From Clostridia bacterium (GTDB taxonomy: Bacteria > Bacillota > Clostridia > Christensenellales > UBA1242): a DNA stretch of 64,000 bases. The translations under genes were made by a program, and so were the position numbers. Each line of letters opens with the position of its first letter. Position 1 is the first letter of the stretch. This document shows positions 18,707 to 28,796 of the stretch, one piece after another. The notes below the pieces were generated by a model. That model made no database searches. It worked only from the letters and a program-made list of their open reading frames with translations, and was not told the origin of the DNA. The stretch covers positions 671 to 64,670 of the forward strand of contig JAEDFV010000002.1 in assembly GCA_016297845.1 (NCBI GenBank), written 5' to 3'.

Positions 18707-20422
18707 TTACATTTTTTTTGGAATATCAATAGCAAGTAATTCTGCAAAAATTTGAAGTGCTGTCTTAACGGTCTTTATTAAGGTTAAAAGTGAATTTCTT
18801 TTGTTTTTGTCAACTTCATTTAAAATGTTTGTTTTATTATAAAGAGTGCTAAAACTGGACGCAAGGTTATATGCACTTTGAACAAAAATATTTGGTGCAT
18901 AATCTCTATAAGCGCAAACAACATCTTTGGCAAACTTTAAAAGATTAATTATAACTTCTCGCGTTTCCTGGTTTACAATTTCAAAGCAAGGCTCAAAATC
19001 TTTTGCTTTGTCTAAAATTGAATTTATTCTCACAATTGAATATTGCATGTATGGACCAGTTTTACCTTCAAAACTGCAAAACTTTGGAATATCAAAAATA
19101 TAGTCTTTTGAAGGATAATTTATCATGTCACCAAATTTAAGCGCAGATATTCCAATTTGCTCTGCTAATTTTTCAATTTGGTCGTCTTCAATTTTTTGAT
19201 TTTCCAACAGTTTTTTACGACATGCATCTTTAACCATTTCAATTAGATCCGAAAGATACATTGTTCCTCCGTCACGCGTTTTGAAAGGTTTCCCATCTTT
19301 TCCATTTACTGTCCCAAAAGTTATATGAGTAAGTTTCGCGTTTTCAGCAATGCCCGCCAAAGAACATACCCTGAACACTTGGTTAAAATGCAAAGATTGA
19401 CGATTGTCTGTTAAGTATATTATTTCTTCTGGAGAATAATTTTGAACGCGCGAAATGATTGTTGCAAGTTCAGTTGTTGCATATAGTTCTGCTCCAGCGC
19501 TGGAACGAACAATGAGAGGAGGCATTGGACTTGTGTCAGTTTCTCGTTCGACATTAACAATTTCCGCCCCTTCACTTTTTTCAATCAAATTTTTTTCACT
19601 AAGAATCTCAAATACATTTTTAATGTAAGGTTCGCTGTCGCTTTCTCCATTCCAAAGTTCAAAATCTACATTAAGAATTTTATATATTTTTTTTATGTCA
19701 TCAATTGAAATGTTTTTTATTTCATTCCAAAGGTCATAATAACCCTTTTCCTTTTGTTGAAGTTTAACAGTTATTTCTTTTGCTCGGGCTTTAAACTCTT
19801 CGTCAACTTTTGAACGTGCACTGCTTTCAGGATATATTCCTGCAAGTTCTTCAAAATCAAAACAAGGTTTTTCTCCTTCTCCTGTGAAAAAATATTTGCA
19901 GTCGTATTTTTCCATTATACCCGCAATGACAAGTCCCATTTGAAGCCCCCAATCTCCAAGATGAACATCACTTGTCACATCATTCCCAACAAATCTGCAA
20001 AGTCTCTTAATTGTTTCTCCAATTATTGCACTTCTCAAATGTCCAACATGCAAAGGTTTTGCAATATTAGGCCCACCATAATCTATTAAAACTTTTTTGT
20101 TTTCAATTTTTTCAATTCCAACTCTAGGGTCGCTGTAAAGTTCTTCCAAAATCTTTGAAAGCATTTTATCTTTAAGTTTTACATTTATGAAACCTGGTGC
20201 AACTGCAAAAATCTCGAAATTCTCATTTTCCATGTTTTCAACAATTTCATTTGCAATCATAATCGGAGATTTTTTTAGAATTTTTGAAAGTGAAAATGCA
20301 ACATTCGTTTGGAAATCGCATAATTCTGGGCGATCAGAAAAAGAGAGACTGACATTTGCCTCTGCCCCCAACTTTTTAATCTTGTTATGTAACAAATTTT
20401 CAACTTCTTCTAAAAACTTCAT
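18707..20422 (-). CDS. argS: Arginine--tRNA ligase
   Basis: HIGH-type motif PNIAKPLHVGHLRS and a class-I ArgRS-like body. The start was moved to the internal ATG at 20422 (MKFLEEV...) because the longer ORF overlaps recR; AGGA RBS upstream. Confidence 0.92.
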   Translation of the reverse strand: MKFLEEVENLLHNKIKKLGAEANVSLSFSDRPELCDFQTNVAFSLSKILKKSPIMIANEIVENMENENFEIFAVAPGFINVKLKDKMLSKILEELYSDPRVGIEKIENKKVLIDYGGPNIAKPLHVGHLRSAIIGETIKRLCRFVGNDVTSDVHLGDWGLQMGLVIAGIMEKYDCKYFFTGEGEKPCFDFEELAGIYPESSARSKVDEEFKARAKEITVKLQQKEKGYYDLWNEIKNISIDDIKKIYKILNVDFELWNGESDSEPYIKNVFEILSEKNLIEKSEGAEIVNVERETDTSPMPPLIVRSSAGAELYATTELATIISRVQNYSPEEIIYLTDNRQSLHFNQVFRVCSLAGIAENAKLTHITFGTVNGKDGKPFKTRDGGTMYLSDLIEMVKDACRKKLLENQKIEDDQIEKLAEQIGISALKFGDMINYPSKDYIFDIPKFCSFEGKTGPYMQYSIVRINSILDKAKDFEPCFEIVNQETREVIINLLKFAKDVVCAYRDYAPNIFVQSAYNLASSFSTLYNKTNILNEVDKNKRNSLLTLIKTVKTALQIFAELLAIDIPKKM

Positions 20423-20432
20423 TGTATTTTTC

Positions 20433-21023
20433 CTAAATTTCTCTTCTTGCTTCAATTGCGCGTGCCAACGTAACTTCATCTGCATATTCAAGTTCACTGC
20501 CCATTGAAACACCTTGTGCAAGTCTTGTAACTTTCACGCCAAATGGTTTTAAAAGTTTTGCAATATACATTGCTGTTGCGTCACCTTCAACATCAGGATT
20601 TGTCGCCATGATAACTTCTTCTGTTCCATTTTTTTGAATTCTCTCAAGCAATTCTTTTATTCGTATATCGTTAGGTCCACGATTTTCAAGCGGATTTAAC
20701 GTCCCATGCAATACATGATATACTCCAGAAAAACTTTTTGATTTTTCAATAGCAACAACATCTTTTGGTTCTTTAACAACGCAAATTGTTTTTGGATTTC
20801 TTTGCGAACAAATATCACAAACTTCTTTGTCTGTAAAATCCCCACATTCTTTGCAAAATCCAATTTTTTCTTTTGCTTGCAAAATTACATGCGAAAAATT
20901 TTCCGCATATGATTTTTCGGAATTTATAACTTTATATGCATATCGTTGCGCAGTTTTAAGACCAACTCCTGGAAGAGTCCTGAAAGCGCAAACAAGTTCT
21001 TCAAGTGCTTCAATTTGGTTCAT
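20433..21023 (-). CDS. recR: Recombination protein RecR
   Basis: LPGVGLKTAQRYAY helix-hairpin-helix, zinc finger CKECGDFTDKEVCDIC, and a Toprim domain. Confidence 0.95.
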   Translation of the reverse strand: MNQIEALEELVCAFRTLPGVGLKTAQRYAYKVINSEKSYAENFSHVILQAKEKIGFCKECGDFTDKEVCDICSQRNPKTICVVKEPKDVVAIEKSKSFSGVYHVLHGTLNPLENRGPNDIRIKELLERIQKNGTEEVIMATNPDVEGDATAMYIAKLLKPFGVKVTRLAQGVSMGSELEYADEVTLARAIEARREI

Positions 21024-21367
21024 TACATCAATCCTGGAACACTTGGAGTTTTTTCTTTTTCAACTTTTTCAATTTGGTCAATCGCGTCATTAACCCCTGC
21101 AATGATAAGGTCTTGCAACATTTCAATGTCATCTGGGTCAACAATTTCAGGTTTTATTGTTATTGATTTAATTTTTTTGTCGCCGGTCATAACAACTTCA
21201 ACCATTCCCCCACCCGACTTTGCTGTAAACTCAGTCTGAATAAGTTCTTGTTTTGCTTTTTCCAAATCTTCTTGCATTTTTTGGGCTTGTTTAACAAGTT
21301 GTTGCATGTTAAAACCGCCTCCAAAACCGCCCATGTTTCCTCCGAAACCGCCTCTGTATCCGCCCAT
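21023..21367 (-). CDS. ybaB: Nucleoid-associated protein YbaB/EbfC
   Basis: NMQQLVKQAQKMQEDLEKAKQEL...GGGMVEVVMTG is the family signature. Gly-rich N-terminal extension. TAATG overlap with recR. Confidence 0.9.
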   Translation of the reverse strand: MGGYRGGFGGNMGGFGGGFNMQQLVKQAQKMQEDLEKAKQELIQTEFTAKSGGGMVEVVMTGDKKIKSITIKPEIVDPDDIEMLQDLIIAGVNDAIDQIEKVEKEKTPSVPGLM

Positions 21368-21464
21368 AATAAAGCCTCCTTAGTTCAATAGCAATAATTT
21401 ATCATATATTTTAAAATTAATCAAACATTTTTATTAAAATAAAAAACCCTGCAATTTGCAAGGG

Positions 21465-22064
21465 TTATATATTACCTAAATTATCTCCAAAGAAACAAAC
21501 AAATTCTTTTTTGCTTTCTTTGTACTGATCGATATATGCTTTAATTGTATCTATTGTTTTGTAGACGTGAGCAGTGTCACTCATAACATTAAGAACATCA
21601 TCTTTTGTTTCTGCATAAATGTAAAAAGCTACGTCCTCTGTTTCTTTAATGCCTAAGATATATCCGTTGTAATATTTAGTTACTGAACACTCAATTTTTT
21701 TTGTTTCTGTTGTAATTTCTTTAACATTTTCTTTAAAGCCACTTGAATTAGTTGTTGTTTCTGTTAGATAAAGAGTTCCTGTTCCGCCATCACGAGTAAC
21801 TAACTTATTGTTCAGCGAAACATCATTTGATGAATATTTATATACTGTTCCAAGCAAGTTCCCATCAGCATCTTTAACTTCCTTATCAACAACCCAGTCG
21901 GAACCCAGCGGTGCAAGACCAGTTTCTAAGTATTTGTATATTGTTTTTGATTCAAACGTTTTTTCTCCATTCCCGCAACCTGTAAACAAGAAAGCAAGAG
22001 GAATCATTATAACTACCAAAACCAAACCTAAAATTATTGGGCCATATTTCCTAAGTTTTTTCAT
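21465..22064 (-). CDS. Putative lipoprotein
   Basis: Signal peptide plus lipobox LFTGC. It is inserted between dnaX and ybaB. Confidence 0.6.
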   Translation of the reverse strand: MKKLRKYGPIILGLVLVVIMIPLAFLFTGCGNGEKTFESKTIYKYLETGLAPLGSDWVVDKEVKDADGNLLGTVYKYSSNDVSLNNKLVTRDGGTGTLYLTETTTNSSGFKENVKEITTETKKIECSVTKYYNGYILGIKETEDVAFYIYAETKDDVLNVMSDTAHVYKTIDTIKAYIDQYKESKKEFVCFFGDNLGNI

Positions 22065-22115
22065 AACACCTCACATAATATAATTTTATATCATTCGATT
22101 GAAAAAATCAAGACA

Positions 22116-22463
22116 TTATTCAACAATTAAATTCTCTCCAAATTTTTCTTTCAGACTTTCAATATCATCTAGCGCATCAGCATTTTGGGGAGCAATTTTT
22201 TGTATTGAGAAATCGAGTTCAAACCCCAAATATCTAAGTGTTCGTCTTATTATTGCTTTGTTTTCATCAGAACCAATAAGATTAAACAAATAATCTTTAT
22301 CTGTCTTTGCAACAAGAGTGTTATCTGAAAGTTCAGTTTCCCCTATCTCACCACACGCAACAAAAAGAGCAGGCTCTCCGTTTTCACGAAGACGTGTGAG
22401 CAATTTTCCCCAAATCTGTTTGACAGGTGGAAGTTGTTTAACCTGAATTTTTAGTTTTTTTTT
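22116..22463 (-). CDS. dnaX: DnaX C-terminal (tau-specific) segment, open in the -1 frame relative to 22451..23554
   Basis: Own translation through the A-run in the -1 frame gives ..KKKLKIQVKQLPPVKQIWGKLLTRLRENGEPALFVACGEI.., which resembles the W..v...L+..G...L... C-terminal domain of Firmicutes DnaX. No stop lies between the A-run and residue 1 of the 95-aa track ORF. Confidence 0.7.
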   Translation of the reverse strand, partial: KKKLKIQVKQLPPVKQIWGKLLTRLRENGEPALFVACGEIGETELSDNTLVAKTDKDYLFNLIGSDENKAIIRRTLRYLGFELDFSIQKIAPQNADALDDIESLKEKFGENLIVE

Positions 22464-23554
22464 GAGCCATCTTCGCCCATAATAGCTTTAACAGTTGCAA
22501 CTTCAACAAGAGTTCTTGGACTCAATGCAAACTTTAATTCAGATTCAATTTCACTGAAATTTTTCATAAGGAACATTAATTGTTCTTCCGAAACTTTTTC
22601 TGCTTGTGAAACAAGTTTTTCAATTGTTTCTGATGGCAGACTCAAAATTTCATTTGCTTTTTTAGATGCTTTGACAACAAGAAGGTTTCTGAAATGAACA
22701 GTCAAATCTTTTGCGAAGACGCTTATATTAATTCCGCCTTTGACTGCGCTGTCAATTATTTCAAAAGCGCTTGCAGTATTTCCAGCAAAAATTGCTTCCG
22801 CAAACTCGAAGAGTTTTTGCTGACTCGTTGCCCCAAGCATGCTCAATGCATTTGAATAACTTGCAACTCCATTTCCAAGTGAAACAACGGCGTCAGCAAT
22901 AGATAACATATCACGGTCACTTCCCTGAGCGGAAGAGACAATCAAGTCAACAGCAGGGTCTTCATATTTTATGTTTTCCTTGTCAAAAATTGAAATTAAT
23001 TGCCTTTTTAAATCTTCTGGCGAAAGCAATTTAAAATCAAAACGCAAACATCTTGACAAAATTGTCTGAGGAAGCTTATGTGGCTCAGTTGTTCCAAGAA
23101 TAAACACAACATGAGATGGTGGTTCTTCAAGAGTTTTTAGAAGAGCATTGAAAGCACTATCTGTCAACATATGAACTTCATCAATTATATAAACTTTGTA
23201 CTTCCCGTTTGTTGGAAGAAATTTCACCTTTTCACGGATTTCACGAATTTCGTCAACACGATTGTTTGAAGCGGCATCAATTTCAATTATATCCATATTG
23301 TTTTGACTTGAAATTGCTTTACAAACTTCACATTCATAACATGGTGAGCCATCTTGCGGATTTAAACAGTTTATTGCACGTGCAAAAATTCTTGCAACAC
23401 TTGTCTTTCCTGTCCCCCTGCTTCCTGAAAAAAGATAAGCATGAGAAATCTCGCCTTTCTTAATTTGATTTGAAAGTGTTTTTGTTATATGGGATTGGCC
23501 AACAACTTCAGAAAAAGTTTTTGGACGATATTTTCTATAAAGTGCTTGATACAT
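22451..23554 (-). CDS. dnaX: DNA polymerase III subunit gamma/tau, zero-frame product (gamma-length, 367 aa)
   Basis: YRPKTFSEVVGQ, Walker A GSRGTGKTS, zinc module CYECEVC, IIDEVHML, SRC motif ILSRCLRF. The frame ends ..GEDGSKKN* immediately after an A9 run. Confidence 0.93.
   Translation of the reverse strand: MYQALYRKYRPKTFSEVVGQSHITKTLSNQIKKGEISHAYLFSGSRGTGKTSVARIFARAINCLNPQDGSPCYECEVCKAISSQNNMDIIEIDAASNNRVDEIREIREKVKFLPTNGKYKVYIIDEVHMLTDSAFNALLKTLEEPPSHVVFILGTTEPHKLPQTILSRCLRFDFKLLSPEDLKRQLISIFDKENIKYEDPAVDLIVSSAQGSDRDMLSIADAVVSLGNGVASYSNALSMLGATSQQKLFEFAEAIFAGNTASAFEIIDSAVKGGINISVFAKDLTVHFRNLLVVKASKKANEILSLPSETIEKLVSQAEKVSEEQLMFLMKNFSEIESELKFALSPRTLVEVATVKAIMGEDGSKKN
22455..22463 (-). 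promoter_or_regulatory. A9 homopolymer: candidate recoding (slippage) site in dnaX
   Basis: Plus strand T9 at 22455-22463, which is TCA AAA AAA AAC TAA on the coding strand. One extra A, or a -1 ribosomal slip, fuses the two dnaX frames. Confidence 0.5.
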
Positions 23555-23626
23555 ATTTTTAGTATAACAATCAAAAACAAAAAAAGCAAACTAAATAATA
23601 AAAATAGCAAAAACTTTTTGTTTCTG

Positions 23627-25078
23627 CTATTTTTTTGAAATCAGATTTCGTGCAACTTGAACGCCACTTGCACTTGCCATCATAAGACCTGTTGTAAGTC
23701 CTCCACCATCACCTATACAAAAAAGATTTTTGATGTTTGTTTCAAAATTTTTATCAACAACAACTATGTTTGAATAAAATTTTATTTCTGGTGCATAAAG
23801 CAAGTTGTCCTCTCCTGCAAATCCAGGAATTACTTGGTCAATTTGTTTTATAAAATTAATTATATCCGTCATTGTTCTATAACCTATTGCATAAGTTATA
23901 TCCCCAGCAACAGCGCCTTTTAATGTTGGAACAACAGAATTTTTTTCAAGGTCTTTTTCCCAAGTGCGTTTTCCGCTCAGGATATCTCCGAATCTTTGGA
24001 CAAGCACACCACCCGCCGCCAACCTATTTACATTCTGGGCAATGTTCTCGCCATATTCAATTGGTTTATTAAAAGGATAATTGAAATTGTGCGAAACTAA
24101 AATAGAAAGATTTGTATTCTCACTCTTTTTGTCTTTATAAGAATGTCCATTTACAAGAGTTAATCCGTTGTCATAAACCTCAGCAGAAACAAATCCACTT
24201 GGATTTTGACAAAATGTCCTAACTTTGTCTTCAAAAGGTTTTGGGCGTCCTATAAATTTCCCTTCATACATATATTTGTTGATTTCTTCCATAACACTAT
24301 CTGGAAGTTCATATCTAATTCCAAGGTCAACACTTCCAACTTGAGTTTCTATTCCATGCCTATTGCATATGTCACTTAGCCAACCTGCCCCTTTTCTCCC
24401 AACACCAAGTACAACATCTTTTCCAAAAATTTCTTCAACTTTGCCATCTTTATCAAGAGTATTTCTTACTTTAACTCCCTTTATTGTTCCTTCTTCAATT
24501 ATTAAATCTTCAACTTGTGTATTAAAAAGCATATCAACTTTGTCTTCTAAAAATTTTTCAATCTTTGTATACAAAATATGTGCCTTTTCTGTTCCAAGAT
24601 GGCGAATAGGAAAATCGACAAGTTCAAGCCCACTTTCTTTTGCCTTGTTTTGCAATTTTATAATCTCATCTCTATTATCAATCCCATGAAGATGTTTGTC
24701 CGCCCCGAAGTCCAAATATATATTATCCGTGTAGGCAAGAAGTTCCTTTATCTCATCTGTTGACATATATTGCTTAATGTAACTTCCCCCATTTCCACCA
24801 AGATAAAGGTCGCCATTTTGATTATATAGTGATAGATGATATGAATTAAGTTTACCATCTGAAAATGCACCTGCCCCAGAAAATCCGCAAGTTATGTTAC
24901 AAAAAGGTTTACACTTGACACATTTCCCAAGTTTTTCCATTGGACAAAATCTATCTTCAATTCGTTTGCCTTGTTCAACTAAAAGAATGTTTTTTAAACT
25001 GTGTTTTTTAATTAATTCATACGCACAAAAAATTCCGCTAGGCCCCATTCCAACAATAATTAAATCATATTTTTTCAT
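23627..25078 (-). CDS. FAD-dependent oxidoreductase (COG2509-like)
   Basis: Dinucleotide-binding YDLIIVGMGPSGIF near the N-terminus and C-terminal GDGGG motif. The start was moved to ATG 25078, which has an AGGAGA RBS. Confidence 0.8.
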   Translation of the reverse strand: MKKYDLIIVGMGPSGIFCAYELIKKHSLKNILLVEQGKRIEDRFCPMEKLGKCVKCKPFCNITCGFSGAGAFSDGKLNSYHLSLYNQNGDLYLGGNGGSYIKQYMSTDEIKELLAYTDNIYLDFGADKHLHGIDNRDEIIKLQNKAKESGLELVDFPIRHLGTEKAHILYTKIEKFLEDKVDMLFNTQVEDLIIEEGTIKGVKVRNTLDKDGKVEEIFGKDVVLGVGRKGAGWLSDICNRHGIETQVGSVDLGIRYELPDSVMEEINKYMYEGKFIGRPKPFEDKVRTFCQNPSGFVSAEVYDNGLTLVNGHSYKDKKSENTNLSILVSHNFNYPFNKPIEYGENIAQNVNRLAAGGVLVQRFGDILSGKRTWEKDLEKNSVVPTLKGAVAGDITYAIGYRTMTDIINFIKQIDQVIPGFAGEDNLLYAPEIKFYSNIVVVDKNFETNIKNLFCIGDGGGLTTGLMMASASGVQVARNLISKK

Positions 25079-25146
25079 AATGTCTCCTAAAAGGATTATA
25101 GCAAACAACTAAAAAAAGAAAAAAGCAAAATAACAAAATTTTGCTT

Positions 25147-26943
25147 TTAGTCTTCAACAATTTCTGAATATTTGCTTGAAAACTGACTTTCATAAAGTTC
25201 CTTATAAAATCCACCTTGTTTCATAAGTGATTTATGATTTCCTTTTTCAATTATATTTCCATCTTTCATGACAAGAATTAAATTGGCATTCTTTATCGTG
25301 GAAAGCCTGTGAGCAATAACAAAAGTTGTTCTTCCTTTTGTCAAATTGTCCATTGCTTTCTGAATTAATTTTTCAGTTCGTGTATCAACTGAACTTGTCG
25401 CTTCGTCCAATATGAGCATAGGAGCATTTTCAACCATTGCTCGTGCAATTGTCAAAAGTTGTTTTTGTCCAACTGATATTGAAGTTGAATCCATAATAAC
25501 TGTTTCATAGCCCTCTGGAAGTGTACGAATGAAATGGTCAACTCCTGCAATTTCGCACGCATGTTCAATTTCTCTGTCATCTGCATCTGGTTTTCCATAT
25601 TTTAAATTTTCTCTTATCGTTCCTTCAAACAACCATGTATCCTGTAACACCATTCCAAAAAGTTTATGGATATTCTCCCTTTTAAGTTTTGAAATTGGTA
25701 CATCGTCAATCAAAATTTCACCGCTGTCCACTTCATAAAATCTCATGAGTAAATTTACAAGAGTTGTTTTTCCTGCACCTGTTGGTCCAACAATCGCAAT
25801 CTTGTCACCAGGTTTTATTTTAACTGAAAAATCATGGATAATTGTTTTACCTTTATCATAGCCAAATGTCACATTTTTGAATTCAACTTTTCCTTTGACA
25901 TCTGTCAAAACAGTTTGTTTGTCACTTTCATCTTCAAGTTCATTCTCACCCAAAAATTCAAAAACTCTTTCACTTGCCGCTGATGTAGATTGCAAAGTTG
26001 TGGCAACTTGTGCAAGTTGGCCAAGTGGTGAAGTAAATAGCCTTATATAAATCATAAACGAAACAATAACACCAAAATCAATCATTCCTTTTGAGCACAA
26101 AACAGCCCCAACAACGCACACAACAACAAAACTGAAATTCCCAACAAATGCCATCAGAGGTTGCATAATCCCAGAGAAAAACTGAGATTTCCATGCATTC
26201 GTGTAAAGAGCAGAATTTGTTTTTTCAAAACTTTCTTTTTCATCATTCTTCCCATTGAAAGCTTTAACAATTGCGTGTCCCGTATATGATTCTTCAATTT
26301 TGCCATTAAGTTCACCAAGAGTCTCTTGTTGCGCTTTGAAGTATTTTTGAGATTTACTCATTATGACGCCCATTAGAACAAATCCAATTATTGTTGCACC
26401 AATAGCTGAAAGCGCCATTATCCAGTTGGTGATAACCATCATAATTATACAGCCAATGAGCATGGAAAGTGAAGTTACAAGCGAAGTCACACTGTTATTT
26501 AAACTTTGACCAATTGTGTCAACATCGTTTGTTACCCGACTCAAAATATCTCCATGAGAATGACTATCAAGATATCTTAATGGAAGCCTATTAATTTTTG
26601 AACATATGTCTCCTCGAAGTTTTTTTGAAACTCGTTGGGTAACTGTTGTCATAATGAAAGCTTGCACATAAGTAAAGATGACACTGAGCAAATATATCAC
26701 TATGAGTGTATATGCAATTTGATTTACTGCTGAAAAATCAATTCCAGTTGGCAAAAACATTCCTTCCGCAATAAGATTTGAAAGGTCTCCAACCTTGTTT
26801 GGCCCAATAAGAGAAAGAACTGTTCCTGCAATCGCCAAAATAAGAGCAATTATTATGACTGTCATATACTTCTTTATGTAACGGAACAAATCAGCAAAAG
26901 ATTTCTTAAAATTCTTTGGTTTATCAAAATTTCTGGTTCTCAT
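25147..26943 (-). CDS. ABC exporter, fused permease/ATPase (heterodimer partner B)
   Basis: Six-TM exporter domain plus NBD (GPTGAGKTT, ISVGQKQLLTIARAM, LILDEATS). ATG at 26943 overlaps the upstream stop (ATGA). Confidence 0.9.
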   Translation of the reverse strand: MRTRNFDKPKNFKKSFADLFRYIKKYMTVIIIALILAIAGTVLSLIGPNKVGDLSNLIAEGMFLPTGIDFSAVNQIAYTLIVIYLLSVIFTYVQAFIMTTVTQRVSKKLRGDICSKINRLPLRYLDSHSHGDILSRVTNDVDTIGQSLNNSVTSLVTSLSMLIGCIIMMVITNWIMALSAIGATIIGFVLMGVIMSKSQKYFKAQQETLGELNGKIEESYTGHAIVKAFNGKNDEKESFEKTNSALYTNAWKSQFFSGIMQPLMAFVGNFSFVVVCVVGAVLCSKGMIDFGVIVSFMIYIRLFTSPLGQLAQVATTLQSTSAASERVFEFLGENELEDESDKQTVLTDVKGKVEFKNVTFGYDKGKTIIHDFSVKIKPGDKIAIVGPTGAGKTTLVNLLMRFYEVDSGEILIDDVPISKLKRENIHKLFGMVLQDTWLFEGTIRENLKYGKPDADDREIEHACEIAGVDHFIRTLPEGYETVIMDSTSISVGQKQLLTIARAMVENAPMLILDEATSSVDTRTEKLIQKAMDNLTKGRTTFVIAHRLSTIKNANLILVMKDGNIIEKGNHKSLMKQGGFYKELYESQFSSKYSEIVED

Positions 26944-28697
26944 GCAAGTTCCTCCTTTGAAAGTTGCGACGTCGCAATTTCCTTGTAGACCGGACATTGT
27001 TTCATGAGATATTCATGTTTGCCAATTCCAACCATTTCTCCGTTGTCAAGTACAACTATTAAATCTGCATCTTTAATTGTGCCAATTCTTTGTGCAACAA
27101 TCAAATTTGTAGTATGCTTCTTTTCTCGTTTTAATGCCGTTCTAAGTTTTTTGTCAGTCTTATAATCTAGCGCTGAAAAACTGTCATCAAAAATCATAAT
27201 CTCTGGATTGCGTGCAAGCGCTCTCGCAATTGCAAGACGCTGTTTTTGACCACCTGACACATTTGTTGCACCTTGAGTAATTTCAGCATCAAGCCCGCCT
27301 TTTTCTGAGATAAAAGAATCTGATTGTGCAATTTTAATCGCTTTCTCAACATCAGCATCAGAAGGTTTTTCTCCCGCTTTGCTTCCATATTTCAAATTGC
27401 TCTGTATTGTTCCGCTGAAAAGAAATGCCTTTTGAGGGACATATCCAATTAAGTCATTTATCTGAGAGAGTGTGTAATCTTTTACATTAACACCATCAAT
27501 TAAAATTTCACCTTCTGTTGCATCATATATTCTTGGAACAAGACTTATCAACGTGCTTTTTCCACTCCCAGTTGACCCAATAAATGCAACCGTCTGCCCT
27601 TTTCCTACTTTAAAATTTATATTTTTTAAAACATATTCATCAGCATCAGGATATTTAAACGAAACATTTTTAAATTCTATCTCACCGTGTGAAATTGGAG
27701 TTGCTCCTTCGCCATCAATAATGTCAGATTTATCTTCTAAAACTTCGTTGATTCTTTTTGCTGAAACAGATGCACGAGGATACATTACAAAAACCAAAGT
27801 CAACAAAATAAAAGCCATAACAACTTGCATAGCGTAACTCATAAAAACCACCATGTCGCTAAAAACTTCAAGTTTCAAACTTATGCTGGTTTCTTGAATT
27901 ATTCCTGCTCCGAGCCAATATATTCCAAGACTAAGCCCACTCATAATAAATGTCATAAAAGGATTAATAAGTGACATTAATCTACCAACAAATAGATTAG
28001 TTTTTGTCAAATCAGAGTTAACCCTTCCAAAACGATTTTCTTCATATTTTTCTGCATTATAAGCCCTGACAACTCTAACACCAGTTAAATCTTCACGCAT
28101 AATTCTGTTGATGCTGTCAGTTTGTTTTTGAATTTTTTTGAATTTCGGCAAAACAAAAATTGTTAGTATCAAAATCAATATCATTAAAACGCCAACGGCA
28201 GATGCAGTCAAAGCACTCCACTTCCAACTTTTCCCAAGAATTATCACAATCGCCCAAATTGCCATAATAGGAGCCTTAATAATTGATTGCATACCAAAAG
28301 AAACAAGATTTTGAATGTTTGTAACATCGTTTGTTGTTCTTGTAATTAAACTAGCAGTTGAAAATTTTTTGATTTGATTAGCTGAAAATCCTTGTACTTT
28401 GTCAAAAATATTCGACCTTATTCTAAGTGAAAGACCAGAAGCAATCTTTGCAACAAGGAAGCCAACAATAATAGAAATTGCTGTGCTCCCAAGAGTGCAA
28501 GCAAGCATCAACAAACCTTTCATCAAAATATCTTCAACTGACCCACCAGTTGTCAAAAGTTTTGTAATATCGGACATGTAAGTTGGTTGTTTAAGGTCAA
28601 GCCACACACTTGCAACAATCAGCCCAACACTGATAGCAACAAAAAGCCATTCAACTTTGTTTAATTTTTTTAATATTTTCAGCATGATTTTCTCCAA
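26940..28697 (-). CDS. ABC exporter, fused permease/ATPase (heterodimer partner A)
   Basis: TM domain plus NBD (GSTGSGKST, VSGGQKQRLAIARAL, MIFDDSFS). Confidence 0.9.
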   Translation of the reverse strand: MEKIMLKILKKLNKVEWLFVAISVGLIVASVWLDLKQPTYMSDITKLLTTGGSVEDILMKGLLMLACTLGSTAISIIVGFLVAKIASGLSLRIRSNIFDKVQGFSANQIKKFSTASLITRTTNDVTNIQNLVSFGMQSIIKAPIMAIWAIVIILGKSWKWSALTASAVGVLMILILILTIFVLPKFKKIQKQTDSINRIMREDLTGVRVVRAYNAEKYEENRFGRVNSDLTKTNLFVGRLMSLINPFMTFIMSGLSLGIYWLGAGIIQETSISLKLEVFSDMVVFMSYAMQVVMAFILLTLVFVMYPRASVSAKRINEVLEDKSDIIDGEGATPISHGEIEFKNVSFKYPDADEYVLKNINFKVGKGQTVAFIGSTGSGKSTLISLVPRIYDATEGEILIDGVNVKDYTLSQINDLIGYVPQKAFLFSGTIQSNLKYGSKAGEKPSDADVEKAIKIAQSDSFISEKGGLDAEITQGATNVSGGQKQRLAIARALARNPEIMIFDDSFSALDYKTDKKLRTALKREKKHTTNLIVAQRIGTIKDADLIVVLDNGEMVGIGKHEYLMKQCPVYKEIATSQLSKEELA

Positions 28698-28796
28698 CTA
28701 TTTATATATCTATAAATACAACTTATTCTATATAACACAATTAATAACATTTTGCAAATAAAAAAATAACCCAAAATTTTTTGAGTTATTTTATTT

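Noticed and set aside
20423-20432. Looked for a T-box leader upstream of argS
   Set aside because: Only 10 nt separate the recR stop from the argS start, so there is no room for a leader. argS is apparently co-transcribed with ybaB-recR.
23555-23626. Looked for SRP (4.5S/scRNA) RNA upstream of dnaX, as in the Bacillus scr-dnaX-ybaB-recR arrangement
   Set aside because: The gap is about 70 nt and is occupied by an A/T-rich hairpin terminator (ATAGCA..TGCTAT). No conserved SRP domain IV motif was seen.
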